DNA from: an uncultured Planctomycetia bacterium
Lineage (GTDB): Bacteria; Omnitrophota; Gorgyraeia; Tantalellales; Tantalellaceae
Direction: 5' to 3'
Assembly: GCA_964528025.1 (NCBI GenBank)
Contig: CAZGOZ010000001.1
Span: 4,398-68,397, forward strand
DNA: 64,000 nucleotides
The position numbers and the translations under genes are program-made. This document shows, in pieces, positions 33,401-43,781 of the stretch. Each line of letters begins with the position of its first letter. Positions within the stretch are counted from its first letter, which is position 1. Under the pieces are notes generated by a model that saw only the letters and a list, made by a program, of their open reading frames with translations, was not told where the DNA came from and did no database searches.

Positions 33401-36400
33401 TTACACTCCTTGGGAATATTTTTCGCTTTGCTCAAAATTGACATCAAGACCCAAACTCTGCAGTTCCTTGACAAGAACATTGAACGACTCCGGGGTGCTC
33501 GGTTCCAGCATGTTTTCCCCCTTGACTATGGTCTCGTATATCTTTGTGCGGCCAACCACGTCATCGCTCTTGACCGTGAGAAGCTCCTGAAGTGTATACG
33601 CGGCGCCGTACGCCTCAAGCGCCCATACTTCCATTTCCCCAAACCTCTGCCCGCCGAACTGGGCTTTCCCTCCAAGGGGCTGCTGGGTAACCAGCGAATA
33701 TGGCCCTATGGATCTGGCATGCATCTTATCATCGGCCAGATGCGCCAGTTTCATCATGTATATATATCCGACCGTAACATGCTGATCGAACGGTTTCCCG
33801 GTAAATCCGTCGGAAAGCGCCGTCTTACCCGTTTCCGGCAGTTTAGCTTCTTTCATTATATCGCGTATGTCTTTTTCATTCGCGCCGTCAAAAACGGGCG
33901 AGGTAAACTTCCTATTCAGCACTTTTGCCGCCCACCCAAGCTGTGTCTCCAGCAACTGTCCGATATTCATTCGGCTCGGAACCCCGAGCGGATTCAGAAC
34001 GATATCCAGAGGCGTGCCATCCGGAAGATACGGCATATCTTCTTCCGGCACTATTTTGGCAATAACCCCCTTGTTACCGTGTCTTCCTGCCATTTTATCG
34101 CCGGCCTGAAGTTTTTTCTTACTCGCGACAAAAACGGTTATCCGACGCAAAACCCCGGGCGGAAGTTCATCGCCGTGTTTTATCCTGTCCAGATCCCTTT
34201 CCTTCTCTATCACTGTCTGCTCAATCTGGCTGTTGGCAGTCGCAACGATATTGTTAATCCTTATCTGGAGTTTTTCGTCGTTATCCACGCAAAGGTCATC
34301 CAGTATCGCCTGCTTAAACTTTGGAAGGTCTTTCTCTGTTATCCGTTTCCCTGCTTTTATTAGGATCTTTCCCGTTTTAAAGTCTTCAATTCCGTTTACC
34401 AGTTTGCTCCCGACCAAACGCTGAAAAATTCTCTCGGCCTTTTTGAGCTCCAGCTGTTCAATAATGTTACGATAGCCTTCTTCAACAATCTTTCTCTCCT
34501 CGGAATCGCTTCTCCGCTGTTCCCTTGTCAGAGTTTTTCTGTTCTTGCGCGAGAGTTCCTTGACATCAACAACTATGCCGTTAATCCCCGAAGGGACCCG
34601 AAGCGACACATCCTTAACATCACCGGCTTTCTCCCCGAAAATCGCGCGCAGCAGTTTTTCTTCCGGTGAAAGCTCGGTCTCGGATTTTGGAGCGACCTTT
34701 CCTACCAATATGCTTCCCGCGACCACTTCCGCGCCAATGCAAATAATACCGTTCTCATCCAGATTTTTGAGAGTTTCCTCGCCGACGTTGGGAATGTCTC
34801 CCGTCACTTCTTCGTTGCCGAGTCTTGTATCGCGCGCTTCCAGCTCAAATCGGTGTATGTGAACGGATGTAAACGCGTCTTCCTTCAGCAGATTCTCGTT
34901 TATGAGAATCGCGTCTTCAAAATTGTATCCCCGCCATGACATGAAACCGACCAGAACGTTCTTTCCGAGCGCAAGTTCACCGTTATCCGTTGAAATGCCG
35001 TCAGCAAGGAGATCCCCTGCTTTGACAGTTTCTCCGAGTTTCACGACCGGTCTCTGATTAACGCTTGTTCTGGCATTGGTCCTCTCAAATTTCTTGAGGG
35101 GATATTTTTCTCCGGACACCACTATCTCTTTTCCGTCAATCCTGGTAACATTTCCGCCCTTTTGCGCAATGACCAGCGCGCCGGAATCTTTCGCCGTGCG
35201 ATATTCCAGTCCCGTTCCGACAAGCGGAGCCTCGGGAAACAGGAGCGGAACAGCCTGTCTCTGCATGTTGGACCCCATGAGCGCTCTGTTTGCGTCGTCA
35301 TGTTCCAGAAAAGGTATGAGCCCCGCGCAGATACTCACGAGTTGAAGCGGGGAAACATCCATATACTGAACGTCAGCGGCTGAAGCAAGAATAAAATCGT
35401 CCTTAAACCGACAGAATACCTTATCTTCTTTAAAATGTCCCCGTCCGTCGAGCGGCGAGTTCGCCTGGGCGATAATGTATTTATCCTCTATATCCGCGGA
35501 AAGATACTCTACGGTATCCAGAACCTTTTTTTTCTCTACCTTGCGATAGGGCGTAACCAAAAACCCGAATTCATCAACTCCGGAATAGGTGCTGAGCGAA
35601 TTGATAAGGCCGATATTAGGACCTTCCGGGGTCTCAATCGGGCATAACCTGCCGTAATGCGAATAGTGAACGTCACGAACTTCAAAACCGGCGCGTTCAC
35701 GGTTAAGACCGCCCGGACCAAGCGCGCTCAATCTTCTGAGATGCGTCAGCTCGGCAAGCGGGTTCGTCTGGTCCATGAACTGAGATAATCTCCCCCTTGC
35801 AAAAAAATCATGAATCACGCTCGTGATGAGTTTCGTGTTGACGATATTATGCGGCATGACTTCGCTCATCTCGTAAACGCTCATTCTCTCCCTGGCCACT
35901 CGTTCAACACGGGCCATGCTTATGCGTATCTGATTGGAAAGCTGCTCACCTACGCATCTTATACGTCTGTTGCCAAGATGATCAATATCATCTATGCTTC
36001 TTTTTCCCGACTTTATTTCAAGAAGGGCTTTGATTGCCTGAACCAGCGTTTCGCCGTCAAGCAGTTGAGCATCAAGCGCGCGGTTCATCCCGAGTTTGCG
36101 GTTTATCATGCGCATGCCGACATCGGTGAGATTGTACCGTCTCTTGTCAAAAAACATCTGAGCAAGCAAATCCTTGGCGGCCGCAAGGGTCGGAGGATCA
36201 CCCGGACGAAGCTTGCGGTAAACATCAAGATATGCTTCTTCTCTGGTTTTTGTTCCGTCGTGCTCCAGCGTGTTTATTATCTCTTTGGGGATTGACTGCA
36301 ATAATTTGACTTTTCGGACCTTGTTTCCCCACATCCGTTTCGCGATAGAAGGCGTAATCTGTTCCATCTGTTGGGCCAGTATGGAGGACGAATTCTCGTC

Positions 36401-37150
36401 AACAATATCTTCAGCAAGAACGCGGTCTATCAGCTCTTCGCACTGTTTCTCGCGCGTTAACAGCACTTCTTCCACGCCGCCGAACGCCTTGAGAATCTCT
36501 CCGTCGCTGGACAGACCGAAAATCCTCAGAAATGTCGTGGCCAGAAATTTTCTCTTGCGATCAATATATACATAAAGCAAATCATTCTTATCAAACAGAA
36601 ACTCTATCCACGCGCCTCTGTCAGGGATAAGCCGAGCCGAATAAATCGGTTTGGTGCCGGGCGAAGTGCTTTCCTCAAACGATATCCCAGGTGACCGGTG
36701 GAGTTGACTAACGACGACCCGTTCGTCACCGTTGATAATATAGGTGCCAACATCTGTCATGAGGGGAATCTCCCCCATGTAGACTTCCTGCTCTTTTATC
36801 TCGTTTTCCAGCCGCAGGCGCAGTTTTACCCGAAGAGGCGCCGCATACGTGAGAGAACGGTGCTTGCACTCCTCCGTATTATATTTTGGACGAGCTATAT
36901 CGTAATACAGATATTCAAGCCGATACACGCCGTTCTGGCTCGTGATTGGAAACACTTCACGAAAAAGACATTCCAATCCGCGATTTGCCCTTTTTGTCTT
37001 CGGCACAAAACGCTGCAGGAACTCCGCGTACGAGTCAACCTGGATCTTGAGCAGATTGGGAATATCATAAACCTGTTTCAGCCTGGTGTAACTTTTTCGC
37101 GCGACTTTAACAGTCATTCTGCACTCCGTCCTCTTTTTTTGTGTTACCAA
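33401..37150 (-). CDS. rpoB: DNA-directed RNA polymerase beta subunit
   Basis: 1249 aa. Confidence 0.95.
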   Translation of the reverse strand: MVTQKKRTECRMTVKVARKSYTRLKQVYDIPNLLKIQVDSYAEFLQRFVPKTKRANRGLECLFREVFPITSQNGVYRLEYLYYDIARPKYNTEECKHRSLTYAAPLRVKLRLRLENEIKEQEVYMGEIPLMTDVGTYIINGDERVVVSQLHRSPGISFEESTSPGTKPIYSARLIPDRGAWIEFLFDKNDLLYVYIDRKRKFLATTFLRIFGLSSDGEILKAFGGVEEVLLTREKQCEELIDRVLAEDIVDENSSSILAQQMEQITPSIAKRMWGNKVRKVKLLQSIPKEIINTLEHDGTKTREEAYLDVYRKLRPGDPPTLAAAKDLLAQMFFDKRRYNLTDVGMRMINRKLGMNRALDAQLLDGETLVQAIKALLEIKSGKRSIDDIDHLGNRRIRCVGEQLSNQIRISMARVERVARERMSVYEMSEVMPHNIVNTKLITSVIHDFFARGRLSQFMDQTNPLAELTHLRRLSALGPGGLNRERAGFEVRDVHYSHYGRLCPIETPEGPNIGLINSLSTYSGVDEFGFLVTPYRKVEKKKVLDTVEYLSADIEDKYIIAQANSPLDGRGHFKEDKVFCRFKDDFILASAADVQYMDVSPLQLVSICAGLIPFLEHDDANRALMGSNMQRQAVPLLFPEAPLVGTGLEYRTAKDSGALVIAQKGGNVTRIDGKEIVVSGEKYPLKKFERTNARTSVNQRPVVKLGETVKAGDLLADGISTDNGELALGKNVLVGFMSWRGYNFEDAILINENLLKEDAFTSVHIHRFELEARDTRLGNEEVTGDIPNVGEETLKNLDENGIICIGAEVVAGSILVGKVAPKSETELSPEEKLLRAIFGEKAGDVKDVSLRVPSGINGIVVDVKELSRKNRKTLTREQRRSDSEERKIVEEGYRNIIEQLELKKAERIFQRLVGSKLVNGIEDFKTGKILIKAGKRITEKDLPKFKQAILDDLCVDNDEKLQIRINNIVATANSQIEQTVIEKERDLDRIKHGDELPPGVLRRITVFVASKKKLQAGDKMAGRHGNKGVIAKIVPEEDMPYLPDGTPLDIVLNPLGVPSRMNIGQLLETQLGWAAKVLNRKFTSPVFDGANEKDIRDIMKEAKLPETGKTALSDGFTGKPFDQHVTVGYIYMMKLAHLADDKMHARSIGPYSLVTQQPLGGKAQFGGQRFGEMEVWALEAYGAAYTLQELLTVKSDDVVGRTKIYETIVKGENMLEPSTPESFNVLVKELQSLGLDVNFEQSEKYSQGV

Positions 37151-37237
37151 CGTTCCGGAGACCCCATAAAAAGGTCAAAGGCCCAAGGTTCAAGAAAAAC
37201 CTTTAACCTTTAACCTCTCGGAACTCCCAAAGTATAT

Positions 37238-37774
37238 TTACTTCAGCTCGACTTTTGCACCGACAGCTTCAAGCTGTTTCTTCATTTTCTCGGCTTCGTC
37301 TTTCAGCAAACCTTCTTTGATCTCTTTCGGAGCCGCTTCTACCAGGTCTTTTGCTTCTTTAAGCCCAAGATTCGTCAAAGCCCTGACCTCCTTGATAACA
37401 TTGATCTTTTTCGGACCAATCTCGGCAAGAACAACAGTGAAGACATTCTTTTCTTCCGCGCCAGCGGCTGCCGCTCCTGCGCCTGCTGCCCCGGCGACTG
37501 CCATGGCCGCTACCGGAGCGGCGGCACTGACATCAAATCTGTCCTCAATGGCCTTTACAAGATCGGAAAGCTCAAGAACACTCATTTCTTCTATATTCTT
37601 GATAAGCCCTTCCATCTTGGCTGAGAGCTTCACCTTGGGTTTTTTCACCTCGGCTTTTTTTTCGGCTACAACGGTCTCGGTTTTTTCCGGGGCCGGTGTT
37701 TTTTCAGCAGCCGGCGCCTTTTCGGGTGCCTCAGCGGCTTTTGCCTGTTCTTTTTCTTTCTTTTCCTCTACCAT
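37238..37774 (-). CDS. rplL: 50S ribosomal protein L7/L12 with an approximately 53 aa Lys/Ala/Pro/Glu-rich N-terminal extension
   Basis: The canonical N-terminus [29 protein letters not shown] is preceded in frame by [19 protein letters not shown].... A strong SD (AGGAGG, 5 nt) sits before the ATG at 37774. Confidence 0.8.
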   Translation of the reverse strand: MVEEKKEKEQAKAAEAPEKAPAAEKTPAPEKTETVVAEKKAEVKKPKVKLSAKMEGLIKNIEEMSVLELSDLVKAIEDRFDVSAAAPVAAMAVAGAAGAGAAAAGAEEKNVFTVVLAEIGPKKINVIKEVRALTNLGLKEAKDLVEAAPKEIKEGLLKDEAEKMKKQLEAVGAKVELK

Positions 37775-37931
37775 TTTTCCTCCTTTGCAACACTGAATAT
37801 ACTGAATTTTGCGCCACTGAATACACTGAATTTGCAGAGAACACTGAATTCAGTGCCCTCTATCCCCTTCAGTGTCCTCTGTGTTGCATTCTTCTGTGTC
37901 CTCTGTGTTTCTATTGTTGACGTAACAAAAA
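37775..37931. repeat. Family C leader element (longest copy) between rplJ and rplL
   Basis: cctttgcaacactgaatatactgaattttgcgccactgaatacactgaatttgcagagaacactgaattcagtgccctctatccccttcagtgtcctctgtgttgcattcttctgtgtcctctgtg. Confidence 0.75.
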
Positions 37932-38480
37932 TCAGCTGTCGCTCTTTTCTTTTTTTTCTTTCACTGCATCCAACGCATACATCACACTCTTTATGATGGC
38001 TGCTAACACGCCGGCAAACCGCGTTATCGGAGCGTTCAACGTGCCGGCGACCATGGCAAGAAGCTGTTCGCGTCCGGGCAGATTGGAAAGCTCTTCTATT
38101 TTTTTTGCCTCAAGGGTCTGCCCGTCCAGGTATCCTCGCAAAACCACAAAACCCTTGTTCCCTTTTGAGAACTCCATCATGAGCCTGGCAACACACACGG
38201 GATTGTCGTTTATTATCCCGAGGCCAAGAATTCTTTTTTCGCCGATTGTTTCGGAAAGACCATCATCTATTCCGAGATCCTTGAGCGCAAGAGAGGCCAG
38301 ACGGTTTTTAACGACCATGTACCGCGACCCTGATTTTCTCATTTTCTTGCGGAACACGTTCATGTCAGTAGCTTTCACGCTCTCAATGCCGGCAACCACA
38401 AAACCCTTATTTTTCGAGAAGACATCCTTCATCTCGGCGGTCATTAACTCTCTGACTTTTCTTCCGTATTTTACTGCCAT
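37932..38480 (-). CDS. rplJ: 50S ribosomal protein L10
   Basis: 182 aa. Confidence 0.9.
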   Translation of the reverse strand: MAVKYGRKVRELMTAEMKDVFSKNKGFVVAGIESVKATDMNVFRKKMRKSGSRYMVVKNRLASLALKDLGIDDGLSETIGEKRILGLGIINDNPVCVARLMMEFSKGNKGFVVLRGYLDGQTLEAKKIEELSNLPGREQLLAMVAGTLNAPITRFAGVLAAIIKSVMYALDAVKEKKEKSDS

Positions 38481-38510
38481 AATATTATCTCCCTAAATAC
38501 TCAACAATAC

Positions 38511-39206
38511 TCAACCTTGCCTGAACTGGCTCTTGTCCAGCCTGAGCCCGGGACCCATTGTTGAACTAATGACTGCCGACCGCAAGCTTTGGGTCTTCTG
38601 TATTTTTGGATTGGCTGTCAAAACCGCCTTTATAAAAAAATTGATGTTTTCTTTCAGAACCTCTTCACTGAAAGAAAGTTTTCCAACGGGTGCTTTGATA
38701 CCCGACTGTTTATCCAGTCTGTATTCAATTTTACCGGCTTGCAATTCCCGCACCGCCTTGCCAATCTCGGTCGTAACCGTTCCGGATTTTGGGTTCGGCA
38801 TCAGCCCGCGCGGCCCAAGCACCTTGCCGAGTTTCGCAAGTTCTCTCATCATGTCGGGTGTCGCAACCGCCACGTCAAAATCCATCCATCCGCCGGCAAC
38901 TTTCTGCACCAATTCGTCGCCGCCTACATAATCGGCGCCCGCTTCTTTGGCCTGGTCCACGAAATCGCCCTTGCAAAAAACCGCAATACGGGTCTTTTTT
39001 CCCGTGCCGTGCGGCAAACTGACGGTTCCTCTTATGGGATTGGCTGCCTGATCCAGCGAAATTTTTATCGCCACTTCAATCGTCTGGTCAAACCCGGTCT
39101 TCGGACCGTTCTTTAACACAGAAACAGCTTCTGTCAGCGTGTATTCTTTTTTGCTATCAACAAGTTCTTCTATTTTTTTTCGTCTCTTGCTTGTTCTGGC
39201 CATCAT
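38511..39206 (-). CDS. rplA: 50S ribosomal protein L1
   Basis: 231 aa. Confidence 0.9.
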   Translation of the reverse strand: MMARTSKRRKKIEELVDSKKEYTLTEAVSVLKNGPKTGFDQTIEVAIKISLDQAANPIRGTVSLPHGTGKKTRIAVFCKGDFVDQAKEAGADYVGGDELVQKVAGGWMDFDVAVATPDMMRELAKLGKVLGPRGLMPNPKSGTVTTEIGKAVRELQAGKIEYRLDKQSGIKAPVGKLSFSEEVLKENINFFIKAVLTANPKIQKTQSLRSAVISSTMGPGLRLDKSQFRQG

Positions 39207-39625
39207 TCAACCTCTATCCCCATGCTTCGGGCGGACCCCTTTATGATCTCCACTGCGCCGTTCATGTCAATCGCGTTGAGATCCTCCATCTTTTGCTTCG
39301 CTATCTCCTTGACCTGATTTAGAGACACCTTACCAACCTTCTCCGTTTTCGGATTCCCGCTTGCTTTCGCGATTCCGGCCGCTTTTTTCAGAAGAACGCT
39401 TGCCGGAGGGCTTTTTACGATAAACGAAAACGTCTTGTCTTCATACAGGCTTATCACGACCGGCAGAGTCAGACCCTCTCTGTCTTTTGTTGCGTCGTTA
39501 AACTTCTTGCAGAAATCCATTATCGGAATACCGTGCTGACCCAGCGCCGGACCGACCGGAGGGGCCGGAGTTGCCTTTCCTCCCGAACAATAAAGCTTTA
39601 TCGTAGTTTTGATCTTTTTTGCCAT
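39203..39625 (-). CDS. rplK: 50S ribosomal protein L11
   Basis: 140 aa. Confidence 0.9.
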   Translation of the reverse strand: MAKKIKTTIKLYCSGGKATPAPPVGPALGQHGIPIMDFCKKFNDATKDREGLTLPVVISLYEDKTFSFIVKSPPASVLLKKAAGIAKASGNPKTEKVGKVSLNQVKEIAKQKMEDLNAIDMNGAVEIIKGSARSMGIEVE

Positions 39626-39639
39626 TTATCTACCGCTCC

Positions 39640-40173
39640 CTATATTTTCTCTATCTGCCAGGCTTCCAGTTCCACCGGCGTGGTTCTGCCGAAAATCGAA
39701 ATCATTACCTTAATCTTTCCTTTTTCCATGTTAGAGTCCTCAATGGTTCCGGAAAAATTCTTAAACGGACCTTCCTTAACGCGAACCGCCTCTCCCTGTC
39801 TAAAGAGCACTTTCGGAACCGGTTTTTCCTTCGCCTCTTTCGTCTGCTGCAGAATCTCTTTCACTTCACTCTCAGCAAGCGCCACGGGCTTTGTCTTGGC
39901 ACCGACAAACCCGGAAACTCCCGGGGTATCTTTCACGAGATACCAGCTCTTATCGTTAAGCTCCATTTCTATGAGGATATAACCCGGGAAAAATTTTCTT
40001 TCCGTTATTTTTTTCTCACCTTCACGGATCTCGGATACCTTTTCTGTTGGTATCAATATCTGGCTTATGAATTTTTTGTTTTCGGGGTCGCTTTCCAGCC
40101 GTCCCTCAAGGGCCTTCTTTGCGGTATATTCCTTCCCCGTCAACGTATGTATCACGTACCATTTTTTCGCCAT
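39640..40173 (-). CDS. nusG: Transcription termination/antitermination factor NusG
   Basis: 177 aa with NGN and KOW domains. Confidence 0.9.
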   Translation of the reverse strand: MAKKWYVIHTLTGKEYTAKKALEGRLESDPENKKFISQILIPTEKVSEIREGEKKITERKFFPGYILIEMELNDKSWYLVKDTPGVSGFVGAKTKPVALAESEVKEILQQTKEAKEKPVPKVLFRQGEAVRVKEGPFKNFSGTIEDSNMEKGKIKVMISIFGRTTPVELEAWQIEKI

Positions 40174-40364
40174 CAGAAAACCCCTCGTATCAGCACATTA
40201 ACAATGCGCGAAATAACCACATCGCACAACCCAATAAACACGGCAAGCATGAGAGTTGTTACAAGCACGATAATCGTGGAATTGAGCAGTTCCGGCCGCG
40301 ACGGCCAGGCAACTTTTCGCATCTCGCCTCTTACCTGTCCTATAAAGGTTCCGATTTTTATCAT
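40173..40364 (-). CDS. secE: Preprotein translocase subunit SecE
   Basis: 63 aa with a single TM helix. Confidence 0.8.
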   Translation of the reverse strand: MIKIGTFIGQVRGEMRKVAWPSRPELLNSTIIVLVTTLMLAVFIGLCDVVISRIVNVLIRGVF

Positions 40365-40396
40365 ACGCTTATACCTTCATGTCTCTCTGATTCTCG

Positions 40397-40472
40397 TGGC
40401 AGGAGAGACAGGTCTCGAACCTGCAACCCCCGGTTTTGGAGACCGGTGCTCTACCAATTGAGCTACTCTCCT
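40397..40472 (-). tRNA. tRNA-Trp (anticodon CCA)
   Basis: The reverse complement folds as a cloverleaf: AGGAGAG acceptor, anticodon loop CTCCAAA, T-loop TTCGAGA, encoded CCA. Confidence 0.85.
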
Positions 40473-40517
40473 TCTAAAAACACGCCTATACCGGGATACT
40501 GCTGTATTCTTCTCTTG

Positions 40518-40688
40518 TTAGTTCTTCGCTTCTTTATGCGGCGTATGCTTGCGCTCAAACCTGCAATATTTACTCCGCGTCATACGATCCGGGTTGTTTT
40601 TTTTGTTCTTTATTATCGTATAATTACGCTGCTTACAGTTTTCACATTGCAGCGCTACTATTTCTGTTGAGCCCTTTTTCTTAGCCAT
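40518..40688 (-). CDS. rpmG: 50S ribosomal protein L33
   Basis: Hand-translated [56 protein letters not shown]. Not in the ORF track because it is under 60 aa. Confidence 0.85.
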   Translation of the reverse strand: MAKKKGSTEIVALQCENCKQRNYTIIKNKKNNPDRMTRSKYCRFERKHTPHKEAKN

Positions 40689-40706
40689 TTTATCCTCGCT
40701 CCGTTA

Positions 40707-41903
40707 TCAGGCAATCACTTCCGAGACTACTCCCGCTCCTACAGTGCGGCCGCCTTCACGTATCGCAAATCTTAACTCTTTTTCCAACGCTACCGGCGAT
40801 ATGAGTTCCACTTCTATCGTGACGTTATCTCCGGGCATTACCATCTCTACCCCTTCGGGTAGCTTTGCCACTCCCGTTACATCCGTTGTCCGGATATAAA
40901 ACTGCGGCCGGTATCCGTTAAAAAACGGCGTGTGCCGCCCGCCTTCTTCCTTGCTCAATATATATACTTCCGCTTTGAATTTTGTATGCGGTGTGATCGT
41001 TCCCGGCGCCGCAAGCACCTGTCCTCTTTCCAGGTCTGTCTTCTCTATGCCGCGCAAGAGCACTCCCACGTTATCTCCCGCTTGACCTGAATCCAACAGC
41101 TTACGGAACATCTCTATTCCCGTTACCGTCGTCTTCCTCGTCGCGCCGAGACCCACTATCTCAATCTCTTCGCCCACTTTTACCTGGCCCCGTTCTATCC
41201 TTCCGGTGCCCACTGTTCCTCTTCCCGTTATGCTGAACACGTCTTCAACGGGCATCAGAAACGGTTTGTCTATATCTCGCACCGGCTGAGGTATAAACGT
41301 GTCCACCGCGTCCATAAGCTCGCCTATAAACTTGCAATCCTCACTGTCCAACGCGCCTTTCGCTTCCATCGCCTTTAACGCGCTGCCCTTGATTATCGGC
41401 GTATCATCGCCCGGGAAATCATATTTGCTTAAGAGTTCCCTTACCTCAAGTTCTACGAGGTCCAGAAGCTCTTTGTCGTCTACCATGTCCACCTTGTTCA
41501 TGAACACAACCAGCGCCGGCACGTTTACCTGTCTGGCCAGTAATATGTGCTCTCGTGTCTGCGGCATCGGACCGTCAGCCGCCGATACCACCAATATCGC
41601 TCCGTCCATCTGGGCCGCTCCCGTGATCATGTTCTTGATGTAATCCGCGTGCCCGGGACAATCTATATGCGCATAATGTCTTTTATCCGTCTCGTATTCC
41701 ACGTGCGCTACCGCGATTGTTATGCCTCGTTCCTTCTCTTCGGGCGCCTTATCAATCGTATCAAACGCGCGTATTTCCGCCTGCCCCTTGTTCGCCAGGT
41801 ACATCGTGATCGCGGCTGTGAGTGTCGTCTTGCCGTGGTCTACGTGCCCTATCGTTCCAATGTTCAAATGCGGCTTTGTTCTCTCAAATTTTTTCTTGGC
41901 CAT
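40707..41903 (-). CDS. tuf: Elongation factor Tu (copy 2, identical to copy 1)
   Basis: The 398 aa protein matches 25078-26274 exactly; overlapping antisense ORFs are also identical, indicating nucleotide identity. Confidence 0.95.
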   Translation of the reverse strand: MAKKKFERTKPHLNIGTIGHVDHGKTTLTAAITMYLANKGQAEIRAFDTIDKAPEEKERGITIAVAHVEYETDKRHYAHIDCPGHADYIKNMITGAAQMDGAILVVSAADGPMPQTREHILLARQVNVPALVVFMNKVDMVDDKELLDLVELEVRELLSKYDFPGDDTPIIKGSALKAMEAKGALDSEDCKFIGELMDAVDTFIPQPVRDIDKPFLMPVEDVFSITGRGTVGTGRIERGQVKVGEEIEIVGLGATRKTTVTGIEMFRKLLDSGQAGDNVGVLLRGIEKTDLERGQVLAAPGTITPHTKFKAEVYILSKEEGGRHTPFFNGYRPQFYIRTTDVTGVAKLPEGVEMVMPGDNVTIEVELISPVALEKELRFAIREGGRTVGAGVVSEVIA

Positions 41904-41984
41904 TTTTTTTTTCCTCCTTACGGCTTAGATTCAATTCCAATTCCGCGAACTCTATTCAGGCCTTTTAACGTAAGACCATACATT

Positions 41985-42060
41985 GCTGGAGCCCACGGCC
42001 GGAATTGAACCGGCGACCCCATCCTTACCATGGATGTGCTCTACCAGCTGAGCTACATGG
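41985..42060 (-). tRNA. tRNA-Thr (anticodon GGT)
   Basis: The reverse complement GCCCATGTAGCTCAGCTGGTAGAGCACATCCATGGTAAGGATGGGGTCGCCGGTTCAATTCCGGCCGTGGGCTCCA folds as a cloverleaf. Confidence 0.8.
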
Positions 42061-42194
42061 GCCGTCTTGCCGAATAAAAAAATTTTCACCCGGCCCTCTT
42101 TCGAAAATGACAATAAACTACCCCATTAGCTTGGCTCGTGCAAGCGATTTACATAGGAATTTACTATAGTAAAACCAATACTATGAGATGTCGG

Positions 42195-42232
42195 AATATT
42201 GATTCTACCAAAAAAGTTTTTTATGTCAAGCG
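42195..42232 (-). promoter_or_regulatory. Candidate sigma70-type promoter for the tRNA-Thr / tuf / rpmG transcript
   Basis: On the minus strand: TTGACA (42229-42224), 16 nt spacer, TAGAAT (42207-42202). Confidence 0.45.
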
Positions 42233-42267
42233 TTATTTGTTATTTCTTATATATATGGGGGAAACGT

Positions 42268-42332
42268 AAAAAACCGGCTCTTAATTGGAGCCGGTTTTTT
42301 AATTCAACTGGAGCGAGCGATGGGAATCGGCG
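42268..42332 (-). pseudogene. 3' fragment of tRNA-Gly (about 22 nt, no cloverleaf) with its own downstream terminator hairpin
   Basis: tggagcgagcgatgggaatcg is identical to the 3' end of tRNA-Gly at 42549-42570, but the upstream sequence cannot form T, anticodon or D arms. It is followed by aaaaaccggctcttaattggagccggtttttt. Confidence 0.5.
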
Positions 42333-42509
42333 CCTCCGGGCTCGTATTATTCTACCGGCTCTCGCTATCGCTCATGCCGGAAAATATTCTCGCCCTCCGG
42401 TCGGCCACCCGCATCTTCGGTTGTGCTCGTTTCCTCCTATCCTCGGAAACTTCGCTTTATTAAAGGCTCAGATGCTCCCTTCGATTCCCTCTGTATACCC
42501 GATAGATAA

Positions 42510-42548
42510 AAAAGCCGGCCATGAAATCATGGCCGGCTTTTTAATCTA
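42510..42548 (-). terminator. Intrinsic terminator after tRNA-Gly
   Basis: On the minus strand: GCCGGCCATGATTTCATGGCCGGC followed by TTTTTTATC. Confidence 0.6.
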
Positions 42549-42622
42549 TGGAGCGAGCGATGGGAATCGAACCCACGTAGGAAGCTTGGAAGGCTTCTGC
42601 ACTACCATTGTGCTACGCTCGC
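42549..42622 (-). tRNA. tRNA-Gly (anticodon TCC)
   Basis: The reverse complement GCGAGCGTAGCACAATGGTAGTGCAGAAGCCTTCCAAGCTTCCTACGTGGGTTCGATTCCCATCGCTCGCTCCA folds as a cloverleaf. Confidence 0.8.
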
Positions 42623-42641
42623 TCCGTATGAGTTTTCCGGG

Positions 42642-42959
42642 CTATCTGTTCGCCGGCTGGAAGACCACTACTGTCTTATCTGTATCTTTTCTGGAACTCG
42701 CCAGTACGATTGGCTCCTTTGATATTATGGATATCTCAATATCGTCGTTCATTCTATCCGTCGTCCGAAAAGTTGACTTGAGCATGCCATCCGCAAGAGC
42801 TACATGAGATGTTTTCTTAAAAGCCGTTTTGCCGAAAGTTTCCGCGATTTCGTTACGCACTTTGAGACACACCGACGCAACACCGACGCGGTATTTCCAT
42901 GCCGCATAAATACCTCCAACAAGAGCGATTATAACAAGCAGGATGATTATTTTTTTCAT
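42642..42959 (-). CDS. Hypothetical small membrane-anchored protein
   Basis: MKKIIILLVIIALVGGIYAAWKY forms an N-terminal TM helix; no recognisable domain. The ORF extends upstream to 43073. Confidence 0.4.
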   Translation of the reverse strand: MKKIIILLVIIALVGGIYAAWKYRVGVASVCLKVRNEIAETFGKTAFKKTSHVALADGMLKSTFRTTDRMNDDIEISIISKEPIVLASSRKDTDKTVVVFQPANR

Positions 42960-42960
42960 A

Positions 42961-43344
42961 TTATTGCTTCTCCTCTTTTTCGGATTCTTTTCTCTGAATG
43001 GCGTCCAGATAGCTGTCAACTTCTTCCAAGCTTTTGAAAACAGCATCTTTCGGCAAAAGTTTAACAATCTCAAAAACCTTATTAATCTGCGGTTTGAGGT
43101 TAGTCATTATAAAAACACCGCCCGCGACCTCAACAATTTTCCTCGCCTGAAATATTACTCCGATACCCGCGCTACTTATATAATCCAGCTTATTCATGTC
43201 AAATATCAGGGCTTTTACGGGTTTGTCCAAGAGCGGCATTACACCCTCTTTGAACATGGGATACGTGGTGGAATCCAAACGGCCTTCCGGTCTGATTAGA
43301 TAAACACCGTCTTTCTGTTTTTTTATGTCAACACTGAAACTCAT
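42961..43344 (-). CDS. STAS-domain protein (anti-sigma-factor antagonist-like)
   Basis: 127 aa; ...LDYISSAGIGVIFQARK... is a SpoIIAA-like fold signature. Confidence 0.65.
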   Translation of the reverse strand: MSFSVDIKKQKDGVYLIRPEGRLDSTTYPMFKEGVMPLLDKPVKALIFDMNKLDYISSAGIGVIFQARKIVEVAGGVFIMTNLKPQINKVFEIVKLLPKDAVFKSLEEVDSYLDAIQRKESEKEEKQ

Positions 43345-43769
43345 TTTTCTTCCCCGGGCGAGCCCGGAACGTCTTTCTTTTCGCCGGACAACACTTTTTT
43401 TATCTGTTCAAGCAGCGCTTCGCCGCGGTATGGTTTTGCCACGTACTGTTCCGCGCCGAGCTCCATCCCGTATTCTTCGTCAAACTGGCCCCCTCGTCCG
43501 CTCAGCATGAGCACGGGGATATCTTTCATCTCCTCATCTTTCTTAAGGTTTATGAGTACGTCCCGGCCGTCCATGTCGGGCATTGCGATATCCAGTATCA
43601 CAAGATCGGGTTTTTCCTGTTTAACGACCTCTAACCCTTTCTTGCCGCCGAACGCGGATATCACCTCAAAACCCCTTTGCTCCAGAAACTCCTTTATGGT
43701 ATTAACCAGTTCTTTTTCATCGTCTATTATAACTATTCTGATTTTTGCGGCACCCTCATCCATAAACAC
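43341..43769 (-). CDS. Stand-alone response-regulator receiver (CheY-like)
   Basis: IVIIDDE ... LVILDIAMPDMDG ... a receiver domain with the phospho-acceptor Asp. Confidence 0.8.
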   Translation of the reverse strand: MFMDEGAAKIRIVIIDDEKELVNTIKEFLEQRGFEVISAFGGKKGLEVVKQEKPDLVILDIAMPDMDGRDVLINLKKDEEMKDIPVLMLSGRGGQFDEEYGMELGAEQYVAKPYRGEALLEQIKKVLSGEKKDVPGSPGEEK

Positions 43770-43781
43770 TCCCCTTTTTAT

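Noticed and set aside
19559-34363. Long plus-strand ORFs 19559-20581 (340 aa), 27541-28548 (335 aa) and 33410-34363 (317 aa)
   Set aside because: They run antisense to rplN/rpsQ/rpmC/rplP, fusA and rpoB respectively and have no recognisable domains. They are typical shadow ORFs opposite highly conserved genes.
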